Shown: one piece after another, positions 1 to 11,344 of the stretch
How the letters are laid out: the number at the start of each line of letters is the position of its first letter
How positions within the stretch are numbered: the first letter of the stretch is position 1
Assembly: GCA_963805945.1 (NCBI GenBank)
Contig: CAWDVP010000002.1
Location: 640,001-704,000 of the forward strand
Reading direction: 5' to 3'
DNA from: Vulcanimicrobiota bacterium
GTDB taxonomy: Bacteria > Vulcanimicrobiota > Vulcanimicrobiia > Eremiobacterales > Eremiobacteraceae
DNA: 64,000 nucleotides
Made by a program: the position numbers and the translations under genes
Notes under the pieces: generated by a model
The model's input: the letters and a program-made list of their open reading frames with translations, nothing else
The model's database searches: none
Told to the model about the DNA's origin: nothing

Positions 1-1486
1 ACGCGGGCAGATGCCAGAAGCGTCCGGTCAGCGCCAGGCGGCCGTCATCGTGCCAGGCGGCGAGCAGCCGCGTCGCAAGCGCGTCAGCGATCGATAGTTC
101 GCGCGCGATCTCTTGTGCGGTGGCGCCGAGCATCCACGGCGTCTTCGCGTGCCGCCGTTCGAGATACAGCGCCAGCCTGTCGAATGCGGCATCAAACGCG
201 CTGCGGCTGACGTACGCGAGCGGCTTTTGCAGCGCGACGACGCTGCCCGCCGCGACGAGCGCTTCGATGTCGGAGTGCGCCTTTGCGAGCACGACGTTGA
301 GCGCGGCGGCCACCTGCGCGGGCTGCATCGGCTCGAGCCCGGATGCGGCGATGATGCGCAAGGCGTTGTCGCCGGCCACCTCCGGGCCAGCGCCGCCCGT
401 AGCGTCGCGAACGCCGACCGAGCCGCCGCGCGAGAGCGCGACCGCGCCGCCGAGCAGATCCTTGGGACTCATGCGCCGTACGATGAGCCGACTGCCTGGA
501 TAGAAGACGGTGGGCCGCTGCAGCACGAGGCGAGCCTGTTGGGGTTTGGTGTCGACCGGCGGCACGCGCTCGAAGATCAAAACACCCGGGATCTCATCGG
601 AGCCGATGTGCGCGCGCACCGGCGTGCGGCGTTTGAGCAGCCGCACAGCTTGTGGCAACGCGGTGAACTCGACGAGCAGTTCCGAGGTGGGAATGAACTC
701 GCGCGGCGCGACGAGCGCCTCGCCACGTCGTATGGCGCCGACCTCGATGCCCGGCAGGTTGACGGCGACGCGCGCGCCGCCGCTCGCGGATCGCAGCGCG
801 ACGCCGAAGGTCTGGATGCTGCGCACGCGCGCTTCGAGAGCGCTCGGTTGCAGCGCCAGCGTATCGCCCACGTTGATCGTGCCTTGCATCAGCGTGCCGG
901 TGACGATGGTGCCGTGGCCCGGCAGCGCGAACACGCGATCAACCGGCAGATATGCGGGCGCGTCGGGATCGCGAGCCGGCAGCGCGGCGAGCGCATCGTG
1001 GATCGCGGACTTGAGCTCCGCGATGCCTTCACCGGTCACATTTGACACCGCGATGACCTGAGCGTCCTGCGCCACCGTGCCCGCCGCCGCATCGCGTACC
1101 AGCTGCGCGGCGAGTTCAAGTTCGTCCGCGCCGACGAGGTCGCGCTTGGTGAGCACGATGATCGCGCGCCGCACGTTGAGCAGATTGACGATGTTGAGAT
1201 GATCGAAGGTCTGTGCGCGTGGGCCTTCGGCCGCATCGACGACGAGCAGCAGCAGTTCCATGCCTGCCGCGCCCGCGAGCATGTTGTGCAGGAAGCGCTC
1301 GTGGCCAGGCACGTCGACGATGCCCGCCTCGATGCCATCGTCGAAGCGCAGCGGCGCGAAACCGAGGTCGAGCGTCATGCCGCGCTGTTGCTCTTCGATG
1401 AGGCGGTCGGGATCGTGCCCGGTCAGGGCGATGACGAGCGAGCTCTTGCCGTGATCGACGTGGCCGGCGGTTCCGATTATGTGCAT
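1..1486 (-). CDS. selB: Selenocysteine-specific elongation factor SelB (C-terminal part runs off the window)
   Basis: Manual translation from ATG at 1486: MHIIGTAGHVDHGKSSL...EEQQRGMTLDLGF...DVPGHERFLHNMLAG; GTPase motifs; directly downstream of selA. Confidence 0.95.
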   Translation of the reverse strand, partial: MHIIGTAGHVDHGKSSLVIALTGHDPDRLIEEQQRGMTLDLGFAPLRFDDGIEAGIVDVPGHERFLHNMLAGAAGMELLLLVVDAAEGPRAQTFDHLNIVNLLNVRRAIIVLTKRDLVGADELELAAQLVRDAAAGTVAQDAQVIAVSNVTGEGIAELKSAIHDALAALPARDPDAPAYLPVDRVFALPGHGTIVTGTLMQGTINVGDTLALQPSALEARVRSIQTFGVALRSASGGARVAVNLPGIEVGAIRRGEALVAPREFIPTSELLVEFTALPQAVRLLKRRTPVRAHIGSDEIPGVLIFERVPPVDTKPQQARLVLQRPTVFYPGSRLIVRRMSPKDLLGGAVALSRGGSVGVRDATGGAGPEVAGDNALRIIAASGLEPMQPAQVAAALNVVLAKAHSDIEALVAAGSVVALQKPLAYVSRSAFDAAFDRLALYLERRHAKTPWMLGATAQEIARELSIADALATRLLAAWHDDGRLALTGRFWHLPA

Positions 1487-1502
1487 CGCGCCGGCGATCG
1501 TG

Positions 1503-2879
1503 TCAGCGCGTCGGGCCGCCGTCCGGAGGTGCGTGCTCTCCGGCGGTCGCGAGGGCGTGCCCAAGCGAGACCAATTCTCCCTCGCGGACCGTGCGCAGGT
1601 CGATGACTAAGCGTTCGCCGTCGACTTTTCCGATCACGGGCGGCTGATGCCGGCGCAGGCGCATGGCATAAGCGTCGGGCCCGCCAGCATAGGCGACCGC
1701 GACGCCGGCGGACGGGATCGCCACGTCCGGCAGCGTGCCGCCGCCGGTGGTGGAGACGGTCTTCACGGTCGTGATCTGCAGCGCCGGGTTGCGCGCGTGC
1801 ACGGTGAGCCGGAGCTGCTCGGCCCGCGCCAGCAGCGCGTCCTGGGTGAGCGCGAGCATGGCGAAGAGCGGCAGATCGGTGAGCTGCCCGTCGACGTATG
1901 CGGTGAGCGTCGCGCCCAACGCCGCCAGCGTCATCTTGTCGACGCGCAGCGCGCGCAGCAGGGGGTTGCGCCGGATCGCGGCGATGAGATCGGCGCGACC
2001 GGCGATGATGCCGCACTGCGGCCCGCCGAGCAGTTTGTCGCCGGACACCGCGACGAGGTCGAGACCCGCGGCGATCTCTTCCGCCAGCGTCGGCTCGTGC
2101 GGCAGGCCGAACGCGTGCAGCTCCACGAGCGCGCCGATGCCGAGGTCCTCGAACGAGATCACCTCGAGCTCGCGCGCCAACGCGGCGAGCGTCGCCGCGG
2201 AGACGCCGGCGGTGAAACCGCTGACGCGATAGTTGCTCGGATGCGTGCGCATGAACATCGCGGTGCTCGGGTTCCACGCATCGCGATAGTCGCGGACGTA
2301 GGTCTTGTTCGTCGTGCCGATCTCTACGAGGGTGGCGCCGCTCTTGCCGAGCACGTCGGGCAGACGGAATCCGCCGCCGATCTCGATGAGTTCGCCGCGG
2401 CTCACCACGACCTCGCGGCCGCGCGCGAAGGTGTCGAGCACGAGCAGCACCGCCGCCGCGCAGTTGTTGACGACGAGCGCCGCTTGCGCGCCGGACACCT
2501 CGCGCAACAGCGAGGCGACGCGGTCGTAGCGCGTGCCGCGCTCGCCGCTGCCGACCTCGTATTCCAGATTGGTGTAGCCTGCGCTCAAGGTCCGCACCGC
2601 ATCGAGTGAGGCGTCGGAGAGCGGCGCGCGGCCGAAGTTGGTGTGGAGCAGCACGCCCGTGCCGTTGATGACGTGGATGAGGCTTTCGGTGTGGGCGGCG
2701 CCGAGCCGCTCCAGCACGCGTTCGCGCAGCGCGTCGAAGCCGACCTCGATCGTGCCGCTGCGCGCTTCCTCGAGCACCGCCTGCACGTGCGAGCGCACGC
2801 CGCTGCGGCCGATGATCGAACCGTAGGTGGCGATCGCCGGGTCGGTGGTGAGGCGATGGACGGCGGGGATGTCTCTCAT
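1503..2879 (-). CDS. selA: L-seryl-tRNA(Sec) selenium transferase
   Basis: VINGTGVLLHTNFGRAPL, VVNNCAAAV, SRGELIEIGGGFRLP, SGDKLLGGPQ PLP-lysine motif. Confidence 0.97.
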   Translation of the reverse strand: MRDIPAVHRLTTDPAIATYGSIIGRSGVRSHVQAVLEEARSGTIEVGFDALRERVLERLGAAHTESLIHVINGTGVLLHTNFGRAPLSDASLDAVRTLSAGYTNLEYEVGSGERGTRYDRVASLLREVSGAQAALVVNNCAAAVLLVLDTFARGREVVVSRGELIEIGGGFRLPDVLGKSGATLVEIGTTNKTYVRDYRDAWNPSTAMFMRTHPSNYRVSGFTAGVSAATLAALARELEVISFEDLGIGALVELHAFGLPHEPTLAEEIAAGLDLVAVSGDKLLGGPQCGIIAGRADLIAAIRRNPLLRALRVDKMTLAALGATLTAYVDGQLTDLPLFAMLALTQDALLARAEQLRLTVHARNPALQITTVKTVSTTGGGTLPDVAIPSAGVAVAYAGGPDAYAMRLRRHQPPVIGKVDGERLVIDLRTVREGELVSLGHALATAGEHAPPDGGPTR

Positions 2880-2890
2880 TGAACAACCCT

Positions 2891-2943
2891 TGGAGCGGTC
2901 GAATTCATTCGACCGCCTCGGTCGAGTAAACTCGACCGCTCCA
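2891..2943. repeat. Inverted doublet of GGAG-headed REP-like palindromes
   Basis: TGGAGCGGTCGAATTCATTCGACCG followed by inverted copy CGGTCGAGTAAACTCGACCGCTCCA; related copies at 13079 and 36711. Confidence 0.8.
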
Positions 2944-2952
2944 TTTCAGGTT

Positions 2953-3285
2953 CTAGGCTGCGGCGAGGTGTTTCTCGACCATCGTCGAGAGATGCTTCTC
3001 CGGCACGTAGCCGACGATGCGGTCCACCGGCGCGCCGCCCTTGAACAGGATGAGGCACGGGATGCCGGACACATCGTATTGCGCCGCGAGGTTCGGATTC
3101 TCGTCGGTGTCGAGCTTGACGACCTTGAGGCGCCCTTTGTAGGCGTCCGCGATCTTGTCGACGATCGGCGCGATCATCTTGCACGGGCCGCACCAGTCGG
3201 CCCAGAAGTCCACGAGCACGGGCTCGTTCGACTTGAGCACTTCGGTGTCGAAATTGGTCTGATTGACGGCTGTTGCCTGGCTCAA
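2953..3285 (-). CDS. trxA: Thioredoxin
   Basis: VLVDFWADWCGPCKMIAP; 110 aa; AAGGAG RBS before TTG start. Confidence 0.97.
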   Translation of the reverse strand: MSQATAVNQTNFDTEVLKSNEPVLVDFWADWCGPCKMIAPIVDKIADAYKGRLKVVKLDTDENPNLAAQYDVSGIPCLILFKGGAPVDRIVGYVPEKHLSTMVEKHLAAA

Positions 3286-3330
3286 AGTGGTTTGCTTGCT
3301 CCTTCGAAAACGGGTGCCTTAGACGTGCGG

Positions 3331-5862
<2,532 letters not shown>

Positions 5863-5994
5863 GGTTAAAGGTCGCCTTTTCTAGGTCAAACGGGTAACGT
5901 GACTCAGTTCGATTTGCGGTCGCGGCGCTCCCGCTTTTTAGGCCCTATGGTGGCCCAAAGGTCGCGCTTGCATGTCCGAGAAATGGGCCCGCGG

Positions 5995-6453
5995 ATGTCT
6001 GAACTGTCTCTATCACTCCCCGACGCGGCCGCGACCAGAGCCCTGGGCAGGGCGATCGCCACGGCATGCCCGCGCGGCACGGTCATCTTGCTACGCGGTC
6101 CGCTCGGCGCCGGCAAGACCACCTTCGTGCAGGGATTCGTCGAAGCGCTCGGCACGGGCCCCGCGGCCAGTCCGACATTTGTGCTTGCGCACGACTATTC
6201 GTCCGCCACCCTGCCGTTATGGCACCTCGATCTCTACCGGCTTGAAGATCCGCGCGAAATCGAGCAACTCGACCTCGCGCAGTACATGCCGTCCGACGGC
6301 ATTACGCTCGTGGAATGGCCGGAACGTGCGCCGCATGCGTGGCCCGATGACCGCATCGAGGTGGATCTCACCATCAGCGGTGAGTCGCGCACGGCGCGAG
6401 TGCGTGGTCACGGCGGCGCCGAGGCCGCGCTGCAGACCGCGCAGCCGCGATGA
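5995..6453 (+). CDS. tsaE: tRNA t6A biosynthesis ATPase TsaE
   Basis: LRGPLGAGKTTF, SPTFVL, HLDLYRL, LVEWPE. Confidence 0.95.
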   Translation: MSELSLSLPDAAATRALGRAIATACPRGTVILLRGPLGAGKTTFVQGFVEALGTGPAASPTFVLAHDYSSATLPLWHLDLYRLEDPREIEQLDLAQYMPSDGITLVEWPERAPHAWPDDRIEVDLTISGESRTARVRGHGGAEAALQTAQPR

Positions 6454-7130
6454 TCGTGTTGGGCATCCTCACGTCGGGGCCGGTCGGCGCCGCCATCGTC
6501 GGCGGGCCGCGCGAAGCGGCCATCGCCGGCACCGGGCAAGCGCTCAGTTCGCTGCTCGACTGCGTCACCGGCGCGCTGGCGCAGACCGAGCTGTCGCTCT
6601 CCGAGGTGCAGGGCGTCGCCGTCTGCACGGGACCCGGTTCTTTCACCGGACTGCGCATCGGCGTCGCGTTCGCCGCCGCGCTCGCGCAAGCGCGCGACCT
6701 GCCATGCATCGGCGTCTCGACGTACGATGTTGCGGAGGCCGGCAGCCGCGCGCTCTACCCGCATGCCGCGATCGTCGCCGGCAAGCGTGGCTACTACTAC
6801 GCGCGTCTGCGCGCCGCGGCGGATGCAGAACCGCAGTTCGCTCGCGGCGATGCGGCGGAGATCGCGGTCGCCGTCGAGGCGATGGCGCGCGAAGCCGGGC
6901 GGCCGGTGGCGATGCACGGTGAAGGTGCGGTGGTCAATGCGCCGCGCGCGGGGATCATCGCGGGCGGCTCGATGGCGCGCGGCCCGGCGGAACTCGCGCG
7001 CGCGGTCGCGCTCGCGGGCGCCGCGGCGCTCGCTTCGGGCGCGCCGGCGGACTGGCGTCGCGTCGCCATAGATTATGGCCAGCGTCCGAACGCCGAGATC
7101 AATTGGGAGACCCGCCGGGCCAGGCCGTGA
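6450..7130 (+). CDS. tsaB: tRNA t6A biosynthesis protein TsaB
   Basis: VCTGPGSFTGLRIGVAFA; ATGA overlap with tsaE. Confidence 0.92.
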   Translation: MIVLGILTSGPVGAAIVGGPREAAIAGTGQALSSLLDCVTGALAQTELSLSEVQGVAVCTGPGSFTGLRIGVAFAAALAQARDLPCIGVSTYDVAEAGSRALYPHAAIVAGKRGYYYARLRAAADAEPQFARGDAAEIAVAVEAMAREAGRPVAMHGEGAVVNAPRAGIIAGGSMARGPAELARAVALAGAAALASGAPADWRRVAIDYGQRPNAEINWETRRARP

Positions 7131-7183
7131 AAGGTCTTTGTCAGAGGGGGCCGTCGTTTTGCGAGGGCGAATCTATCGTCCGA

Positions 7184-7696
7184 ATGAAGGCGCTGTCACG
7201 GACTTTGGACATCTCGCCGATGCGCATGGAGGATCTCAACGACGTCCTGCGCGTCGAGGCGCTGTGCTTCACCACGACCTGGCCGCGCAACGCCTTTGCC
7301 AACGAGCTGACGGACAACAAACTGGCCCACTACTTCGTCGGCCGCAACGATGACGCAATCGTCGCCTACGGCGGCCTGTGGGTCATCTTGGAAGACGCGC
7401 ACATAACCACGGTCGCCGTCGATCCGGCCTATCAGGGCGCGGGCTACGGCGAGCGGATGCTCGCGCAGCTGCTCGACGAGGCGATCGAGCGTGGCACGTC
7501 GTGGATAACGCTCGAAGTGCGCGAGTCGAACACCGTCGCGCAGAACCTCTATAAGAAGTACGGCTTCACCGTCGTGAACACGCGCCGCGCATACTATTCG
7601 GACAACGACGAGAACGCGCTCGTCATGTGGGCCGGCAACCTCAAGGGGACGATCTATCGCAACCGTCTGGCCTTGCTGAAAGAGAGCACGCGCTGA
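7184..7696 (+). CDS. rimI: Ribosomal protein S18 alanine N-acetyltransferase
   Basis: AHITTVAVDP, TLEVRESNTVAQNLYKKYGF, RRAYYSDNDENALVM; tsaE-tsaB-rimI synteny. Confidence 0.93.
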   Translation: MKALSRTLDISPMRMEDLNDVLRVEALCFTTTWPRNAFANELTDNKLAHYFVGRNDDAIVAYGGLWVILEDAHITTVAVDPAYQGAGYGERMLAQLLDEAIERGTSWITLEVRESNTVAQNLYKKYGFTVVNTRRAYYSDNDENALVMWAGNLKGTIYRNRLALLKESTR

Positions 7697-8316
7697 CGGT
7701 TCCCGCCGATGTCGATGCACGCACTGACGCCGGCGCCGGCGCGCAGTTCGTGTCGTTGTGCGCCGCGGTGCGCGGCCGGCTCGCGCCGCAGCGCTACCGG
7801 CACGTGCTCGGCGTCGCGCGCATGGCGGAGAAGCTCGCGCGCCGCCACGGCGTCTCAACGCTCAAGGCGCGCACCGCCGGCGTGCTCCACGACGTCGCGC
7901 GGCAATGGAATCCCGACGAATTGCTGGCCTATGCCGCGGTGCACGGTCTGGCGATCGACGAGACCGAGCGCGCGGCGCCGATCCTGCTCCACGCGCGCGT
8001 CGGCGCGGACGTCGCGAGGCGCGAGTTCGGCGTCGACGATCGCGACACGCTCGCCGCGATCGAGACGCACACGGTCGCCGTCCCCGGCATGTCCGATCTG
8101 CAGAAGATCGTGTTCATCGCCGATTCGTGCGAGCCGTCGCGCCGTTTCGAGGGACGCGCGGCGCTCGAAGCGGCCGCGCTCGTCTCCCTGGACGAGGGCA
8201 TGCGCGCATGCCTGAGCTCATCTTTTGGGTACCTACAGGCGAGAGGCATTCCCATCGCCCCGCACTCTTTGGAGGTCTACGATCAATTGATAGGACACGA
8301 TGAAAAAGCGATCTAA
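7693..8316 (+). CDS. yqeK: YqeK-family HD-domain Ap4A hydrolase (start uncertain)
   Basis: RYRHVLGV, GVLHDVAR, LLHARVGA, AIETHT, VFIADSCEPSR; upstream of rsfS. Confidence 0.88.
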   Translation: MTVPADVDARTDAGAGAQFVSLCAAVRGRLAPQRYRHVLGVARMAEKLARRHGVSTLKARTAGVLHDVARQWNPDELLAYAAVHGLAIDETERAAPILLHARVGADVARREFGVDDRDTLAAIETHTVAVPGMSDLQKIVFIADSCEPSRRFEGRAALEAAALVSLDEGMRACLSSSFGYLQARGIPIAPHSLEVYDQLIGHDEKAI

Positions 8317-8833
8317 GCCTGCGTCGGCTCGCCGCGCCGCACCCAAGCGCGCGAAGCCGCGCGCTCATGTCCCGCCGTCGGCGCGCCCGAAACGTGCGCC
8401 CAGCGTCGCCGCGCGCCGCGAGTCGCTCGCGCCGCGCAACAACGGCATCGCGAGCACGCGCGACACGATCGGTCTGCTCAGCGACGAAGACGCCCAGCTG
8501 CTCGCCCGCCGCTGCCGCGAAGCCGCGCTCGCGAAGAAGGCCGAGAACGTCGTGATGCTCGACATCCGCAAGCGTTCGAACTTCTGCGACTACTTCGTGG
8601 TGGCGACCGGCCGTTCGCTCATCCAGGCCCGTGCGGTCGCCGACGCGGTCGTCGAGGCGTGCGAGGACGAGTTCGGCTCGCCGGTCCGCACCGAGGGCTA
8701 CGACGAGGGCGGCTGGATCCTGGTGGACTACGGCCCGGTCATCGTACACGTGTTTCTGCCGCAGACGCGCGAGTTCTACAATCTCGAGCGCTTGTGGGGC
8801 AAGCCGCCCGCTGTCGCGAAGAGGGCGACATGA
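8300..8833 (+). CDS. rsfS: Ribosome silencing factor with basic N-terminal extension
   Basis: KKAENVVMLD, DYFVVATG, WILVDYGPVIVHVF, REFYNLERLWG. Confidence 0.95.
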   Translation: MKKRSKPASARRAAPKRAKPRAHVPPSARPKRAPSVAARRESLAPRNNGIASTRDTIGLLSDEDAQLLARRCREAALAKKAENVVMLDIRKRSNFCDYFVVATGRSLIQARAVADAVVEACEDEFGSPVRTEGYDEGGWILVDYGPVIVHVFLPQTREFYNLERLWGKPPAVAKRAT

Positions 8834-8961
8834 TCTTCGGCAAGATGAAGAAACGCACGCGCGAGAAGGTGTACCGCATCTTCACGGCCGCCTTTCTTGT
8901 CCTCTTCGTGCTCTCCGTGGCCGCCGCGCTGCTCATCACCGGGTTGCAGACGCCTAAGTAG
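8830..8961 (+). CDS. Small membrane protein, 43 aa (possibly DUF4044-like)
   Basis: MIFGKMKKRTREKVYRIFTAAFLVLFVLSVAAALLITGLQTPK; ATGA overlap with rsfS stop; basic N-terminus plus one TM helix. Confidence 0.7.
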   Translation: MIFGKMKKRTREKVYRIFTAAFLVLFVLSVAAALLITGLQTPK

Positions 8962-8973
8962 GCGAGGTCCACT

Positions 8974-9591
8974 GTGATGCCCACGCGTTCGCTCACCTCA
9001 GCCGCGGCGATGTTCGCGGTGGTCGCCTGCGTCTGCGCGACGGCTAGCGCCGCCGGCGATCATGTCTTCGACGGCGCGCACCTGCTCAAGCCCGAGACGA
9101 TCGCCGGCGTGAACACGCGCGTGGATCGGCTACAGGCGCAGACGGGCCAGACGATCACGGTCGTCACGGTGGACACGACCGGCAGCATGCCCGTGCAAGA
9201 CGCCGCAGCCAAGGAGGCGCAGGCGCGACATCTCAACGGCGCGATCGTCTATATCGCGCGGAAGGACCGGCAGCTTTCGATCGCTTACGGCGCGCGCACG
9301 AGCGAGATGTTCCCCGAAGCCATCCGAACATCGATCAAGCAGGCGATGCGCGCCTCGATCCGTGCCGGTGAGTACGACGCCGGCGTCACCACCGGGGTGA
9401 ACGCGATTTCGGACATCATCGCGCAAGGCCAATCCGGCGGGCACGGCGCGCCGCTCACGCAGCCCATCCAAAAGGCGCTGGTCCCGGCGCAAAGCGGTTC
9501 CGACTGGGGCTGGCTGTGGTGGGCGATTCTCCTCGTGGTCGGCTTCGTGCTCGTCCGCATGCTTTTCAGACCACGAGCGGCTGGTAGATGA
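8974..9591 (+). CDS. TPM-domain membrane protein
   Basis: Signal peptide, VFDGAHLLKPE...ITVVTVDT...GEYDAGVTTGV, C-terminal TM helix. Confidence 0.8.
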   Translation: MMPTRSLTSAAAMFAVVACVCATASAAGDHVFDGAHLLKPETIAGVNTRVDRLQAQTGQTITVVTVDTTGSMPVQDAAAKEAQARHLNGAIVYIARKDRQLSIAYGARTSEMFPEAIRTSIKQAMRASIRAGEYDAGVTTGVNAISDIIAQGQSGGHGAPLTQPIQKALVPAQSGSDWGWLWWAILLVVGFVLVRMLFRPRAAGR

Positions 9592-9716
9592 CGGAGTACG
9601 CCATCACCGCGATCGCGGTCCTCGCGTTTATCGCGGTCGCGAGCGCGATCGCGATGGTGATCATCGGCAGCGTGCGGCATGAACAGGACGACGAGCGGGT
9701 CGAGCATGATCCGTAA
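9588..9716 (+). CDS. Small single-TM protein, 42 aa
   Basis: MTEYAITAIAVLAFIAVASAIAMVIIGSVRHEQDDERVEHDP; ATGA overlap with TPM gene; not in ORF track. Confidence 0.55.
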   Translation: MTEYAITAIAVLAFIAVASAIAMVIIGSVRHEQDDERVEHDP

Positions 9717-9858
9717 GCTCGGCCCGGGCAAGTATCGGCTGTATTCGCGCAAGATCGACCCACGGACCGGCAAGCGCAGGAACCTTGGCACGTTCGGGAC
9801 TCGCGCGGCCGCCGAAAAGCACGAGCGCGCCGTGCAATTCTTCAAGCGCAAGGGCTAG
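9706..9858 (+). CDS. Small basic hypothetical protein, 50 aa
   Basis: MIRKLGPGKYRLYSRKIDPRTGKRRNLGTFGTRAAAEKHERAVQFFKRKG; typical codon usage; not in ORF track. Confidence 0.75.
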   Translation: MIRKLGPGKYRLYSRKIDPRTGKRRNLGTFGTRAAAEKHERAVQFFKRKG

Positions 9859-9879
9859 AGGTCGTTGGCGCGCCTGCTG

Positions 9880-9903
9880 TTATATTGACAAATGTCAATA
9901 TAA
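9880..9903. promoter_or_regulatory. ArsR/SmtB-type operator overlapping a TTGACA element
   Basis: Perfect 11-2-11 inverted repeat TTATATTGACA-AA-TGTCAATATAA, 16 nt upstream of arsR. Confidence 0.85.
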
Positions 9904-9919
9904 GCAGTAGGATTGGCCC

Positions 9920-10252
9920 ATGCCGATACCTCGCTGCTGCCCGCCGGCGACCATCGTCCGCGCGGATTATACCGAAGAAGCCGAGCTGCTCAAGGCCGCC
10001 GCAGATCCGCATCGATTGCTGATCATGGCGACTCTCGCGCGCAACGACGACGCCGTCTGTGCATGTGACTTCATCGATGCGCTCGGGCTCAACCAAGCGA
10101 CGGTATCGCATCACTTGAAGATCTTGCGCGACGCCAAGCTCGTGCGCGCCGAGCGCCGCGGCACATGGGTGCACTACACGCTCGCGCCGCGCGCGCGCCG
10201 GCGGCTCGTCGACGTGCTTGACGCGCTGCAGCCGAAAAGGATCGCCGCATGA
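9920..10252 (+). CDS. arsR: ArsR/SmtB metalloregulator
   Basis: ADPHRLLI, VCACDF, QATVSHHLKILRDAKLV, RRGTWVHY; N-terminal CC. Confidence 0.92.
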   Translation: MPIPRCCPPATIVRADYTEEAELLKAAADPHRLLIMATLARNDDAVCACDFIDALGLNQATVSHHLKILRDAKLVRAERRGTWVHYTLAPRARRRLVDVLDALQPKRIAA

Positions 10253-10680
10253 AGACCCATCTCAATCTCGCCACGCGCGATCTCGACGCGAGCGTCGCCT
10301 TCTATCGCACGCTCTTGGACGCCGCGCCCGCCAAACACCATGCCGACTATGCGCTGTTCCTGACGGAGGCTCCCGGACTGGAACTTGCGCTCTCGCTGAA
10401 TGCCGGAGCGAGCGCGGGATCAGATGTGCACTACGGCATCGCGGTCGATGCGCCCGCCGCCGTGGATGCCGCAATCGAGCGTCTACGGAACGCCGGCCTT
10501 GCGGTTGACATCGAAACCGACGAGACGTGCTGCTACGCGACGCAAGACAAAGTCTGGGCGACGGATCCGGACGGCCGCAGATGGGAGACGTATTACGTCA
10601 TCGCGGAGAGCGAGCAGCGCGACGGCGACAATGCGACCTGCTGCCGCGAAGCCGGCGCCGAAGCCGCGGCGTGCTGCTGA
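10249..10680 (+). CDS. arsI: ArsI/CadI VOC-family C-As lyase-like protein
   Basis: HLNL...SVAFY, HYGI, ETCCYATQDKVWATDPDGRRWETY, C-terminal CC pairs. Confidence 0.88.
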   Translation: MKTHLNLATRDLDASVAFYRTLLDAAPAKHHADYALFLTEAPGLELALSLNAGASAGSDVHYGIAVDAPAAVDAAIERLRNAGLAVDIETDETCCYATQDKVWATDPDGRRWETYYVIAESEQRDGDNATCCREAGAEAAACC

Positions 10681-10705
10681 ACCAGGCCGCTTTAGGAGGC
10701 GACTC

Positions 10706-11344
10706 ATGTCTTCCGACAAACGGACGCTCGTCGATCTCGCGCTCTCAGGCGCGTCGAACCTCTACGTCGAATTCAAAGGCATCTATTCCGTGGAGACGAT
10801 CCGGCGCTTTCTCGAGGAGAGCGCGGATGCACTTAAAGAATGCAAAGTCACCGACTATCTGCCGATCTTCGCCTATCGCTTCGCAAAAGAGCGCCTGACG
10901 GCGATGGCACAGGTGTCCGGGAGCATCCCCAAGACCATGCCTGAGGTGCTCTTCGTCTGCATCCAAAACGCCGGGCGCAGTCAGATGGCCGCGGCGCTGC
11001 TCGATGCCAAAGGCCAGGGCAAGGTCCACGTGCGCTCTGCGGGCAGCGCGCCGGCCGGCTCCATCAATGCGACGGTCGTCGAGGCGATGTCCGAGCTCGG
11101 GCTCGACCTCTCCAAGGAGTTCCCCAAACCGATGACCGACGATGTCGTCCAGGCCGCCGATGTCGTGATCACCATGGGCTGCGGCGACGCCTGTCCGATC
11201 TATCCGGGCAAACGCTACGAAGACTGGGATGTGGCGGACCCGGCGGGCCAGGACTTGGCGACCGTGCGCGCGATCCGCGACGATATCGGGCGGCGCGTCG
11301 ATCGGCTCATCGCGGACCTGGCGCCCGTCAAACAACCATCGTAG
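10706..11344 (+). CDS. arsC: Arsenate reductase (LMW-PTP fold) with N-terminal helical extension
   Basis: AGGAGG RBS; VLFVCIQNAGRSQMAAA, ITMGCGDACPIYPGKRYEDW. Confidence 0.92.
   Translation: MSSDKRTLVDLALSGASNLYVEFKGIYSVETIRRFLEESADALKECKVTDYLPIFAYRFAKERLTAMAQVSGSIPKTMPEVLFVCIQNAGRSQMAAALLDAKGQGKVHVRSAGSAPAGSINATVVEAMSELGLDLSKEFPKPMTDDVVQAADVVITMGCGDACPIYPGKRYEDWDVADPAGQDLATVRAIRDDIGRRVDRLIADLAPVKQPS

Noticed and set aside
10670..10710. Selenocysteine read-through of the arsI TGA after CC, given nearby selAB
   Set aside because: Cys-rich tails are normal for this family, no convincing SECIS hairpin follows, and the arsC RBS lies just downstream
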